Shown: one piece after another, positions 51,700 to 64,000 of the stretch | How positions within the stretch are numbered: position 1 is the first letter of the stretch | Layout of the letters: each line of letters starts with the position of its first letter | Assembly: GCF_036321535.1 (NCBI RefSeq) | Contig: NC_087437.1 | Span: 118,608,001 to 118,672,000 of the forward strand | Direction of reading: 5' to 3' | DNA length: 64,000 nt | DNA from: Camelus dromedarius | Taxonomy: Eukaryota | Translations under genes and position numbers: made by a program | Notes under the pieces: generated by a model | Told to the model about the DNA's origin: nothing | Database searches by the model: none | What the model saw: only the letters and a program-made list of their open reading frames with translations

Positions 51700-52185
51700 T
51701 GAGTCACACCTGTCCTCTCTCTGCCCCGGCTCTGCCCAGTGTCCAGCCCCAGACTCTGCCCTCCCTCCAGCTCCTTCTGGCACCCACTCCCCTCCCTTTC
51801 TGCACCCCAGCCTCCTGGTCAGGTCCCTCCAACTCCTCCAGGGGTGGAGCTCCCCCTTGCCAGGGGGCCTCTGTCCCCGCTGGGCCTCCTGCCCCCTTCC
51901 TGCCCATTTAGACTTCACATCTCCACTGGAAACTCAGGTCCTGGGGGGCCTTCCCTGATCCCACATCGAGCTCAGCTTCTGTGGCCTCGGCTCCCGTGGG
52001 ACGTAGCCTTTCCCCCAGCCGGCACCTCAGTGGGTAAGGACACATCCTCCAGGTGACACGGTCTAACGCGTGTCCCCCCACGGGGCTGCTGCTACCTGGA
52101 GCAGGCTTCCCGTCTGTTCTCACTTCACCGTGTATCTGGTCCTACTCAGGAGACATCCAGTAAATGTTTGCAGATGGAGTGAGGC
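51700..52185 (+). mobile_element. L2 3' end relic (GC-shifted)
   Basis: Ends in catccagtaaatgtttgcagatggagtga, resembling the L2 terminus. Confidence 0.5.
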
Positions 52186-53264
52186 GGGTGGGCCGGGAGA
52201 GCTGGGAACAGCCTGGCTGGGGGCAGGGAAGGGGCTCAGAATGGGGAATTGGGGGCCTGGGGACCGGGGTGGGATTGGTTCTGCTGCGGCCCCTCACACA
52301 CTCATGTGAGTCGAAGCCAAACGGGGTGGGCCTGGGTCCCGGACAGAGGCTTTCTCTCCAGGCCTCACAGCGTGGCTTCAGGAGGACGAGATGCAGGTGG
52401 AGGTGGTGCAGGTCAAGGACCAGGACAACCCTGCACACGGCGCCGCCCAGGTGGCCTCCCAGCAGGCCTGGGGATGCGCCCACGTGTCCGGGTCCCTGGG
52501 TCAGGGAGATGTGCCCATTCCACAGGTGCAGAAGTTGAGGCACCCAGATGTGGAGCATCTGCTGGTTAGGGACCAGGCCTGGGCTGAAACGCAGGTTTTC
52601 CACCCTCCAGCTCCTTCTCCCAGCGCCTTCTAGTCCCTGGACTCCCCTGCATAGTGGAGAGAATGATGGGGGGAAGCAGGCCTGTCACCTGATAGACTCG
52701 CCCCACAGAGACGGCGTCAGCTCCCCCTCCCCCGCCCCTCCTCAACCTCAAGTCTGAGCAGCGAGAGGCCCTGATCACAGTCTCTGGAAAGAACCATCAC
52801 CCTCACCCCCGGCTGCTGACTCGATACCCCACCACTCTACTTTCCAGTGGCTGCTCTAAGTAATGACCCCAAACTTGGTGGCTTCGAGTCACAGGATTTC
52901 ATTCTTTCATTACCTGGCCTCCATGCGTCAGGAATAAAAAGGCAAAACCCGAAAGCTCTTCTCTGTACCAGGGAGATGCGGGCCAGGGTGAAGGGAAACC
53001 ACTGAACCGGACAGAGATGCCTCAGAGAAGGCGGGAGAGCGGGGACGCTTCTGAGTCAAACAAGACTGAACACGGGACGTGTTCCTGCAGGGACGAGCAC
53101 CCCAAAGGGACTTCTGGAAAGAAATGGAGGTTAGGAGCGATGATAAACCAGAGCAGAAGGAATCGTGACCAGATACAAGGACCTGAAATTCACAGTACGG
53201 ACGGGTCAACCCCAGCTGCGTCTCCAGTGGGATGAGATGCCTCTGAGGAAACACGGTGCGCATC

Positions 53265-53467
53265 TAGTCACTGCCGTGTGTGTGGTTACTCCCGTGTGTG
53301 TAGTCACTGCCATGTGTGTGTAGTTACTCCCGTGTGTGTAGCTACTCCTGTGTGCGTGTTGTCACTGCCCGTGTGTGTGTGGTTACTCCCGTGTGTGTGT
53401 AGTCACTGCCTGTGTTTGTGTGGTTCCCGCCCGTGTGTGTGTGTGTGTGTGTGTGTGTGTAGTTACT
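53265..53467. repeat. Minisatellite of ~18-21-bp units with GT tails, ~10 units
   Basis: tagtcactgccgtgtgtg / tggttactcccgtgtgtg variants ending in a (GT)~14 run. Confidence 0.9.
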
Positions 53468-55049
53468 AGCCACATCACTGAGTCTGTGCAGACTCGCTAA
53501 GGCCGAGGAGCTGCCCGCAGGCCTGCCACTCTCTCTACCTGCAAGCCTCACCCCCACCGTCTGTTTCCCAGACCCTCCTTAAGAAGCACGTGCAGGTGAC
53601 AGCAGGGCCATGAGAGGGGCGACCTGGGTCTGTGCCCCCCTGAGCAGAGGCGCCCTCCCAGGAGCCCTGGGATGAACAGGGACCTGCTGGTGCGCTGAGT
53701 CCACGAAGCTCTCACACCTGCCCGTTCCCACTGACTTCTCCCGAGTGTCGGGGCCTGGACTCCAGGTCCCTTCCTTAACACTTAGGTCGCCCTTCCCCCA
53801 CCCCCATCTCCCACGCCACCCACCACAGCAGAGATGGAGCCTCAGGGTAGGCACATCCCTGGCCCTGGGTGGGGGCACAGCCCTCCCCACTGGAGGGAAA
53901 CTTCACTCAGGAGAACGGCCTCCCCCAGGGACGGGGCCCCCCACTCGGTCGGACCTGCCCTTGTGCACAGAAAGGGTCCTGACCTGGCCCTGCTCTGACC
54001 CCCCGGGTGTCCTGTGGGGCTGGGCGGGGGCCAGAGTGGCCCAGCTCCAGGCTGGGACCAGCCCTTCTCCCCTCCCCCGGTGCCTGGGGAAGCGACATCA
54101 CTCTAACTCCAGAGCCAAGTTGGGGGAACTTCTCCCTAGACCCTGGCTGGCCGCCCCTCCCCCGGCCCAACTGATGGTCTGCCCTGGTCGTCAGGGACCC
54201 TTTACCTGGACACGGAACGCCCCTTAGGGTTCTGAGCGGTCAGTTGTGGCCCAGAGGACCCTGGCCTCAGAGGCAGAGCTGTGGGGCCCTGGCAGCCACA
54301 GGGGGCCTGCTCCCTGCCCCTGGGTCCGCATCCCCACTGATGCTGGAGAGCCTGGGGGCCGCTGTGCTGCTGGTTTGGGAAGGCCTGACCCTTCTGTTTC
54401 CCTGGGGGACCCTGGTGTGTGTGGCAGGGCTGGTCGTTCCCAGCGTCTCCTGGGAGTGGAGCGTTGTAGCCGCCGGGAGCAGCACTCACACGGGCTTTGT
54501 TAGTGCCCTCTCGTTACTGCCCACCTCCCCCGCTTGGACCCTTAGCAGTGTGGTCTACAGCTCTGTATTCTGGTTGAAATTAAATGTTTGCTGTGACCTA
54601 CAGCATCTTCCAAGCTTGTCCTGGTAGAGATGTTGGAGACAAAGAGAATTCTCTGTGCATTAGGCTGCTGTTTACAAGGTAGCAGTAACTCCTGGATATT
54701 GACCCAAATAAATTTTGGTTGGTTTGAAAACCTAAGCAAAATTAATTAATTAATTAAAATTAAAAAATTTAAGAAAGGAAAAAAAAGAAGCTGAACAAAA
54801 AGAAAAACTTAAGCAAGACAACCCCATTCAAACTACGTATTATTTCTATTAGCTTAGTCTCAATTTATAGCTTGTCCTAAATTCATAGGAGTAGTTCAGT
54901 TCATAGATGAGAAAACTTAGAGATTTTGCAACCACTATTTCCTGTTTTGTCATTTCTTCTTCATCTTCCTTGTGTTGTTTAAGACAGTGTCTGTCATTTA
55001 GCATTTCTAAATATATGCAGTCAAAATAAAAACGTTTTCTTTGATGCCA

Positions 55050-55050
55050 A

Positions 55051-55093
<43 letters not shown>

Positions 55094-55109
55094 TATACAC
55101 ACACACACA
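55050..55109. repeat. Interrupted (AC)n microsatellite
   Basis: Seen directly, with ATAT interruptions. Confidence 0.9.
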
Positions 55110-57149
55110 ACAAGGCAGATACTAGACAATTTTAGTTGTTTCATAGACCTCAGAAATGTAAGAGTTGCAAATTTCTAAAAATGTTACAGAATAAAGGTGA
55201 TCAAAGAGAAACAATTGTGGGCATATAATTTCATAGAGATACACGTTTCCTAACTAAATCTGACATTCAGAAAGGGAGAGGTCCCTGAGACTCAGCCCAG
55301 ATGCCACGTAGACAGCCTCCTGCAGGGGGTGCAGATGGAGAACGTGGGGTGAGGGCTGTGTCCCGGGCGGGGGCAGGAGGGAGGGGGGACCGAGGCTGGG
55401 GCTCCAGGGGCTGCAACAGGCACGCTGTCTCCACCCCCACCCAGGGCCTGGCGGGAGGAGGGGAGTGGGGTCCTCTGAGCCGGGGAGGGGGAGCCGCTCA
55501 GGGGTCTGCGTGGAGCCCTGGGTGCTGGCAGAGGGGGTCGTCACAGAGACGGAGGAGGGGGACAGCGGGGCTGTGCTGGGTGGCTGCGGGGTCGGGAAGA
55601 GGACTGAGGAGACTCAGAACCTTCTAGTGACCCTGCTGCCCTTGGGCACTGAGTTAACGCAGTGACATCTCTGCAGGAGAGCCCTGGGGAGTCTCCGGGA
55701 GCAGGAGGGTGACCCCCGGGAAAGCAGCTTCTCTGAGGAGCCGACTGTGGAGTCGGACGTGTCTAACTGGACTCCACGTGGTTGCTGCACCCAAACTTTG
55801 CATTCTCACCCCCCAGCTGCTCCCCAGCAGGGACTCCCTGGGCAGGGGGGAGGGGCTGGGGTGCTGGGTGAGGATTCCCGAGTGTGATGCACTTGCCCCT
55901 TGAGCAAAGCTGCTGGAAGGCTCCCCGTGGGGACATGAGATGAACCCAGTTTCCTCCAGCAAGTGCACATCGTGGAAGGGACTGACTCAGGGACACAGGT
56001 GCCCACGAGTGTGGCCTGGACACTCCCTGATCGGCCCTGCCCGGCTCTCCATCTGTCCCTGCAGCAGACTGGGGTGGGTGGGACATCAGGGAGGGCTCCC
56101 TGGAGGAGGTGGCCCTGAGCCAAGCACTGAGGGGTGGTAGGAGTGACCACCAGTGCTCTTCACCCACTAAGGGGCATAGGAGTTCCCTGGAGAACTTGCT
56201 ACAATGCAGATCCTGATTCCTAGGTTCTCGGCTGGTCTGACCCTCACTGGTCCTGGTGGTGATGCCCAAGCTAGGAATAGGTGGATTTACAAGGATCCTT
56301 AGATGATCCCGGGGTGGGCGTAGGGGAAGTCAAAGGCGCAGGGACATGTCTGTCCGGGGCTCAGCCCAGGCACAGCCTGGAGGCATCAGGGCCTGGCAGA
56401 GCAGATGGCCCAGGTCTACCCCCTTGCTCAGCCCAGACCCTGAGATCCCTTCCTGACCGGCCCCTGTCCTTCACCCCGTGCATCCGACCCGTCCCCTGGT
56501 CCAGAGATGATCCTTCGAACTCCCTGTTTCCTCTGAGTCTCCGCCGCCAGGGCAAACCAGCCTCTCCCGTTCCCTGGGTCCCCGTCACCCCAGAGATCGT
56601 CCCTCCTCTGACCCCACTTTCCCGCTTCTTCCCGTCCACTCCCTCCTGCCACCGGAGGGGACTCCGTCCCATGACCTGAGCAAGGCGAGAAGGACACTGC
56701 CTGCCTGGGGTGAAGGCCAGCTGACCCCTGCCCTCGGCCCTGCGTCCTGACTCTGGGTCATGAACAGCAAGAGAGAGCATGATCCCAGGGGCCCTGGACA
56801 CGCCGAGGGTGCTCATGTGAGCCTGCATTTTAATGACGGTCCCCTTTCACTCAGAAATGGTTCAAGTTAGGACAACACATTATATGGCGACAGTAGTGGT
56901 GGGGCACTTGATTTCACACTTTTCCAGGTAGAACAACATTCAAACGTAGATACAATGTGTGTATATACACACACGCCCTGTCCCTACACCTGTAAATATA
57001 CTTAACCCTGTAAGAAAGTCAGACATCACGAGTTTAATCAAATCGTTAGTGCAACCATGGACAGCGAAGGCGCAATTTTGCCCATTTAATTAACGTGAGG
57101 ACAGCACGTTTCTGGTTGCGATGACCCACTTTCGTGAAGGCCAAATACG

Positions 57150-58325
57150 TCTTGTCTGCTGTAAACAGTGCTGCTGTGAACATGCGGGTGCACGTCTGTT
57201 TCAAAATAAGGTTTTTGTTGTCTTGGGTCATGTATCCAGGAGTGGAATTTCTGAATCATATTGTAGTTTTGCTTTTAGTTTTTTAAGGAATCTCCATACT
57301 GTTTTCCACAATGGTTGCACCAGTTTACATTCCCACCAACAGTGTAGGAGGGTTCCCAGTTCTCCACATCCTCACCAACATTTATGACTTGTGGTCTTTT
57401 TGATAATAGCCATTCCAGCAGGTGTTCAGTGGTATCTCATTGTGGTTTCGATTTGCACTTCTCTAATAATTAGTGGTGTTGAGCATCTTTTCATGCACCT
57501 GTTGGCCATCTGTGTGTCTTCTTTGGAAGAATGTCTATCCAGTTCTCCTTCACCTCCTCAGGTACGTATATTCATAGGTATTTTGTTCTTTTTGATGCAA
57601 TTGTAAATGGACTGTTTCCTTAATTTCTCTTTCTGATAGTTGACCGCTGTGTATAGAAATGCAAAAGATTTCTGCGTACTGTTTTTGTATCCTGCAACTT
57701 TACCTAATTCGTTGGTGAGCTCTAGCAGTTTCTTGGTGGCATCTTTAGCATTTGCTGTGTAGAGTGATGCTGGCCTCATAGACTGAGTTTGGACGCACTC
57801 CCTCCCATGCCAGGTTTTGGGGCAGGTTGAGAAGGAGCGGTGTTAGCTCTTCGCTAAATGTTTGGTGGAATTCACCTTTGACGCCCTCTGGTCCTGGACC
57901 TCCTCGGGGTTTTTGTTGCTGTTGTTACTGATTCAGTTTCATTACTGGTCTTTGGTCTGTTCATATTTTTTTTGATTAATTCCTGCTGGAGTCTGGGGAG
58001 ATTGTACCTTTTCTAGGAGTTTGTCCATGGCTTCCAGGTTGCCCATTTGCTTGGCCTACAGCTGTTCGCAGCAGGCTCTATGGGCCTTTGTCTTTCTTTG
58101 ATGCCAGTTGTGACTTCTCCTTTTTCATTTCTGATTTTACTGATTCAAGCCCTCTCCTTTTTTTCCTGATGAGTCTGGCTAAAGGTTTATCAATTTTATG
58201 TATCTTTTCAACGAACCAAATCTTAGTTTCACTGATTTTTTTCTATTGTCTTTAGTCTCTATTTCTGCTCTCATCTTTATGATTTCTTTCCTTCCATTAA
58301 CTTTGGGTTTTGTTTGTTCTTCCAA
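57150..58325 (-). mobile_element. L1 ORF2 fragments (internally deleted)
   Basis: Minus-strand peptides [38 protein letters not shown] and EEQTKPKVNGRKEIIKMRAEI are L1 ORF2 motifs. Confidence 0.9.
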
Positions 58326-58329
58326 GTTA

Positions 58330-58980
58330 ATCTTCTTGTTGACAAATATCATTAACAGCGATAAATTGAACTTACTGGCTTTAAGTAAAGTTAGGAATAA
58401 GAAAAATATTATATTTAAAGTTGAAGATCCTAAAGACATGTCTGCCTTAATCAAACCAACAATTTAGGCTTGTTTTCATTTATTAAAAATCAGTCCTAGA
58501 CCATGTGATCCTTTAAACATTTGGATTCATTTTGTTGTTACGTTTAGAAGTATTTCACTTGTAAGCGCTTACTTTTAAGTCAATTAAATAGAGCTCATTT
58601 ATAAATTCATATTGATAATATCTTCTGGAGATAGAAACGTATCAGATTTCCAACATACACACGGACAGACATCCGGATAGACACAGAGACCTCATAGTTT
58701 TCCTGCTTAAGTTTTAAAAGGCTGTTTTTGTTTGTTTATTTGTTTTAGATCCTACTTATCGAGCCAAAGCTGTCGTCTCACACGCCGTGGGCTGTGTTTG
58801 CATTTCGAGGACAGCGTAAGGGTTCTGGCTTCGAGTTTCCTCCTAGGAGAGCTTTTCTCTCCCATGCCCAGAATTTTGAGAAGATGTTTTATCAAGCCAG
58901 CTATATTTCACTTGTGGATGCAAAATTCAGTTTGGGAACGTCAAAGAAACACTTCATCTTGGCTACTGAAGAGCTACGTT
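58330..58980 (-). mobile_element. Probable ERV1 (MER4-group-like) internal sequence
   Basis: aagacatgtctgccttaatcaaaccaac...aagtcaattaaatagagctc recalled as ERV1 internal sequence; adjacent to an LTR fragment. Confidence 0.45.
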
Positions 58981-59075
58981 ACCTTTTGTTAGAGCCTCCC
59001 TGTCTGCTATGTCCGTGCGAGTTCCAGCTCACACGTGCTGGCTGCGAGTCCAGCTGGGCTCCCAGGGGGTGGCTG

Positions 59076-59225
59076 CCCTTTTCTTTCATAACTAAAAAGC
59101 CGATGGACAGTGCATGTTTGATGGGCCACAAACAGGCTGTTTTGTTCAGCATCAGATTCAAGTGAATTCATGTATAAACCAGAATGCCTTCCCTATCTGT
59201 CAAGATGTGAACATTGCTTTTATCA
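59076..59225 (-). mobile_element. ERV1-class LTR fragment
   Basis: Aligns by eye at roughly 75% to 48961-49103 and ends in the same tttatca terminus. Confidence 0.7.
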
Positions 59226-60980
59226 CTAATAATTACTTTATCCATAGACATCATATTACATATGCATTAGGGCCTACCCCTTTAACAAGTAAGGCTAACT
59301 TCCTCCTGGACTTGTATTAAGACCTCAGACTTCATTTAATTGTTTGCATAAGCCTCCTGGGACGTGCCCACCCCTTTATTTCCAACTTTTCCGAATCACT
59401 CAGAGTGGAGTTTTTCTGCCCAATTACAGGAAATCTTTAAAACAGATGAGTTAAATCCCTTTACATCCATTCCGATGACAAGACCGTCTTGCCTCTGTCT
59501 CACTAATAGGATTCATGTTGACATTTGTACCACTTTTCTTTTTCTCTGTGTGCTTGGTTTGCTTTATTTTGTTTTGTGTGTGTATGTGTGTAGTTTTTAA
59601 TTCAGGATAGCACGCGCTTGCAGTATAGTGGTTGCCTTCATAATTACGGCTCTGTGTGGTGGCAGAGGGGGGTCCCCTAGTGTCACATTTGTAGACAACA
59701 TGCATTAGCTCCCCTCGGTGGGCAGTGGTGGGCTGAGCGCTTCCCCCAGCCCTGATGCGACCTGATTTTGCCAGTCTCAGTATTCATCTCTGTAACGGAG
59801 GTGTGGACTTCTTTCGGTTGCTGTGCAGCTTTATTTGATTCTTTGGCTCTCAGCCATTGTAGATAAGAATCAGTGTGTTTCCTCCGCCTCTCACCTTCCT
59901 TCCTGCTTCTCTTCTCAGGTTTGTTAGTCTGATTGTCCCTGCCTCGCCCAGGAGTTATAAAACCTACGTGCAGCTCCAACACCCACAGCTCTGAGTGCTC
60001 ACCGGCCCATGTTTGGCTGAGTGTCGCCACTTGCCTCTTGACTGGTGAAAGTTTTCTTCTAGTGGTTTTCTCCAAAAGGACTTAGAGAAACAGTATTTCC
60101 TGAGTCCTTGCTGGTTAGAATGACCTGGCCAGGTCTAAAAGCTTCATTTTACCTTCCTGGTCTTGAGCATCCTGTGGGACTGGCAGCACTGCCTTCTGGC
60201 TTTGAACTTGGCTTTGAGGGAACTGAGACCACTTATGTGCCCCTCCACCTCCTATTTTAAGTGACTTGACATTGTTTCCTTAACTGTCCAAAGGATTCTT
60301 TCTTTATCTTTGAAGCCGTGTAACTAGGATGTGACTCATGCTGCGCATTTGAGGTCAAATTTCCTACACAAGGAAGGTTCAATATTTATTCTGATTCATG
60401 GCTTTAGCCCCTCCTTCTTTTTATGTGGACTTAAATTATACATATGTTAGATAAGCTTTGCTTGCCTTCTATAGCTATCATTTTTATAGGATTTTAGAAA
60501 TATTCCTTTATGTCCACACAATTTTATTTGCCTCGTTTCTGTCAACTGTGTTCCTACTATCGTTTTCATGAGCATCTATTTTCTCTGGGGCTTCTTTGAA
60601 TGACTTCATCTTTTCCTTCCAGGTCTTTCTTGAGTTTGGTCAGCTCGAACTTCATCTTCTCCAGTGAGTTTGTTATCTTCCCCTAATATTTGTATGTCTT
60701 CATATTGGAAGTCTAGCCTTCAGGTTTTATTGTATATATTTATTGATATTATTTAAGGTTTTGTTTGTTTATTTGTTTTTTCTACAGAAATGTTTAGTTT
60801 GATTATTTAATGTTTTTAACTTTTTTAAATTGAAACTTTGATAAAAATTTATTACAAACATATTCATCGCTGTGTTATTCAAGGTGAAAAAAATGGAAGT
60901 GATCTACACATCCAACAGTAAAGAAATAGAGTAATTTTCACACAGTCATAGCGTGGAATACTTAGCAACCATTAAAAATA

Positions 60981-61458
60981 TATCCGGACCTCAGAGATGT
61001 TACAGGTTTGGTTCCAGACCACCACAATAAGCGAATAGCACAATGAGGCGAGTCACACAAATTTGCTAGCTTCCCCATGCATATAAAAGTGATGGTTGCA
61101 CTGCACTCAAGTCTCTTAAATATGCAACAGCGTTGTCTTAAAAATATACATTCCTTAATTAAAAAATGCTTTATTGCTAAGAGATGTTAACCATCATCTG
61201 AGCCTTCAGTGAATCATAGTAGTAGCATCAAAGATCACTGATCACAGGTCTCCATGACAAATATAATAACAATGAAAAAGTTGGAAACATTGTGAGAATT
61301 ATCGGTATGATCCAGAGACAGGAACTAGGCAAATGCTGTTGGAAGCATGGTGCCGACAGACTTGCTGGATGCAGGGCTGCCACAAACCTTCAATTTGTAA
61401 AAAGCACAACATCCATGAAGTACAATAAAGGGAAATGCAATACAGTGAGGTCTGCCTG
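60981..61458. mobile_element. Tigger1-derived internally deleted DNA transposon
   Basis: acctcagagatgttacaggtttggttccagaccaccacaataa ... gcaatacagtgaggtctgcctg termini. Confidence 0.8.
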
Positions 61459-61599
61459 CATTTCAGTTATTTAAAGGACAGGAAATGATCACATTATATT
61501 AAAAGAAAAATAAGCTGTCTATGCAGTGAGATCAGTGTTTTTAAATGCACATCCACACAAACACACATCCAAACACGTACAGAATATAGCAAATGATAT

Positions 61600-62135
61600 C
61601 AATGGTGGAACCTAAAAAATGATACAAATGAAGTTATTTACAAAACAGAAACAGACATAGAAAGAAAATTTATGGTTACCAAAGGGGAAGTGGGATATAA
61701 ACTAGGAGTCTGAGATGAGCAGATACACACGACTGTACATAAACAGGGTAAAGAACGCATTCCGATGGTAAAGCACAGGGAACTATATTCAATGTCTTCT
61801 AATAATCCATAATGGAAAAGAATCCAAAAAAGAGTATGTGTATATATATATATGTTATATATATATATTATATACTATATATAGTAATATAATCATATAT
61901 AAGAGAAATATAATAAAGAATATAAATTACATATTATTTATATTACATAATATATAATTATATATAAAGTAAATATATTATAAAGAATATAATTATATAA
62001 CTTATATATAAAATGATTAGATATAAATCTTTTTCAGATTCTTTTCCATATATATGTATAACTGAATCATTTGGCTGTACATCTGAAACTAGCACAACAT
62101 TGTAAATCAACTACACTTCAATTTAAATAAATTTT
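61600..62135 (+). mobile_element. L1 3' end with expanded internal AT-rich tract
   Basis: gatacaaatgaagttatttacaaaacagaaacagac ... acaacattgtaaatcaactacacttcaat. Confidence 0.85.
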
Positions 62136-63223
62136 TTTAAAGAAAAGAAGGATTAAGAAAAGAAAGAGAGATCAAAGTCTGGAAAGAAATGCACCAAAAA
62201 GTTGAAGAAGCTATCTCCAAAAGAACTACAGGGGACAAAATATTCTTGTAAAGATCTCTGCTTTCTAAATATATATTTTTATAGTGAGAAAAAACTATTG
62301 AAAAAGAACCGTGCCCATCATTTCCTTCCTGTTCCACACTTGACCCAGTTCTCATTTCGTTCTCCCTCTGGGTAGACGGCACCCCGCCCACCCACAGCTT
62401 GAGAGGGAAACCTGAGTTGTGTCCTGCCCCCTTTCCTTCATTCCCTACACCAAACTGCTTTTGGTCCTCCCTCCCGCAGAGCTCCAATCCCCCCACCCTC
62501 ACTAGGGTTGTTACAGGGAGCTGCCTTCTGGGCTGCTGAGTTGGTGCCCTAATCCATCTCCTAGCCCTCAGCGGCTCCCATCCGGAAACCACCTCCCCTG
62601 GGGGTTGTACCACTCCCAGCTTAAACACTTCCATGGCTCGTGGCAGCCACAAGAGAAAAGTACAAATGCAAGCACTCAAGGCCAGCCTAGTCTGACCTGA
62701 ATCCACCTCTTCCACGACATACCTGCCACTCTCCGGTCCCTGGAACAACCGTCAGATGGCGTAATAACTGGCACACAACAGACTCCCAACAACCAGAACA
62801 CACACTGGCGGTGCCGGTTGCCGCGGGCTGATCCAGCAGGTGTTCAGTCAATGCGGCTTGAGCGCCTGAAGTACGGAGGACAGTGACTGTGCCTGGAGCT
62901 CAGTTCCAGACAGTTCTAAGTCACGCTAGCATGACGATGATTTGTGTTGGCTGTGGAGTGTGAATGAGCAGGAACCTCAGATGCCTCCACAGTAACCATG
63001 ACAACATCCAGATCGTGTTCTGATTGTTTAAGTAGCGTTAGGGTCAGGACGTACTCATGTTTCATGTTCTCTCTGCGCTTTCGCTAATTTCCTTGGATCC
63101 TTCTGACCGCCTCATCAGACGGCTGGAGCAGAGGGCATCCCTGTGTTACAGGAAGCAGAAGTCTGTTGGGTCAGTGCTTTATTTGGATTCTTTTCCAGGG
63201 AGGCTGTTCAAGTTCACACTCCA

Positions 63224-63388
63224 GGGGGGAGCACATGCTTAGCATGCACGAGGTCCTGGGTTCAATTCCCAGTACTGCCATTTAAAATTAATAAATAATA
63301 TAAATATTAAATAAATAATTAAATCTAATTACCTGCCCCCACCCCCAATACAGATTTTTTTTTAATTCAAAAAGACAAAAAACAAAAA
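63224..63388 (+). mobile_element. tRNA-derived camelid SINE with 5' internal deletion
   Basis: atgcttagcatgcacgaggtcctgggttcaattcccagtac plus an AT-rich tail; homologous to 17840-17928. Confidence 0.85.
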
Positions 63389-64000
63389 CATATTCCCGCT
63401 CCACTCAAGAGTGGGTGAAATTGGTCACCTGACTCGCATTAGTGTTATTATTTGTTAAATCCTTGCTAACTATAGAGACATCTGTGTTTGGAAGATTAAC
63501 TTTTTTCTCTTCTGTGTATCGTGTATTTTGTGAAACATCGCTTCATTTTTTTCGGTCCATTTTCCACCAGGGTTTCAAGTTTCCTCTGCCATCAGAGAAC
63601 TGGCACTTTAATGGGTCAGCTGAACTCTGTGCATCTTTGAGGAAAAACATTCAAGTTGAAAGTCACGCCCGTGGCCCAGAACTCCAAACCCTGAAAGAAG
63701 GGCTGTGTTCTCATCATCGATACCCTGTTTATTGATTGCATTTCATTCCCTGGAAACATAGGGACTGTAAGCAGCACTTTGCAAGAAACCACCCCAGCAG
63801 GAAACCCCTTTTCTTGTCCCATTAGCAAAGCTATATTGTAACTAACCTTAAACTGGGGACCCCCAGGCCCTACTCACCAAATCACACAATACCTTGCCTA
63901 ACCTGTTGGTCTTTCTGAAGATCAAAGAAATAGAAATGATGATTAAGCACTTAACAAATGACCAGATCTCTTCCCTAGCTTCCCCTTTGGTAATCTCACT

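Noticed and set aside
52362..52633. Exon-like ORF (LTAWLQEDEMQVEVVQVKDQD...) after a pyrimidine-AG
   Set aside because: The 3' half resembles a MIR (cccattccacaggtgcagaagttgaggcac); no recognisable protein family or partner exons.
62137..62748. 203-aa minus-strand ORF
   Set aside because: No recognisable domain; it runs through repeat-derived and low-complexity sequence.
33700..64000. FAM3B or MX exons expected from synteny
   Set aside because: No matching peptide seen; they probably lie beyond the window. A very short first exon could have been missed.

Overview
This is eukaryotic (mammalian) genomic DNA, most likely camelid (alpaca/llama/camel), judged from the tRNA-derived SINE and the L1 3' ends. 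It contains the 3' part of the BACE2 aspartic protease gene on the + strand: six coding exons (exons 4-9 by human numbering; 2950-32662) with intact GT-AG junctions and reading frame, the second catalytic DSG motif, the TM helix and the cytoplasmic tail. A 3' UTR with several candidate poly(A) sites follows. The rest is intronic or intergenic sequence rich in L1, L2, MIR, LTR and DNA-transposon relics. I found no other protein-coding gene, and almost all ORF-track entries are spurious. No novel biological system is demonstrated. The best leads are: (1) a ~34-unit palindrome/poly-C minisatellite just upstream of the last exon; (2) an L1 3' transduction with double poly(A) and TSD; (3) a candidate unannotated TATA promoter with an ordered chain of splice sites just past the distal poly(A) site; (4) an ERV LTR carrying clustered GAS/IRF/AP-1/ETS-like motifs. 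Repeat family names are from memory of consensus sequences and need RepeatMasker/Dfam confirmation; boundaries of old repeats are approximate.
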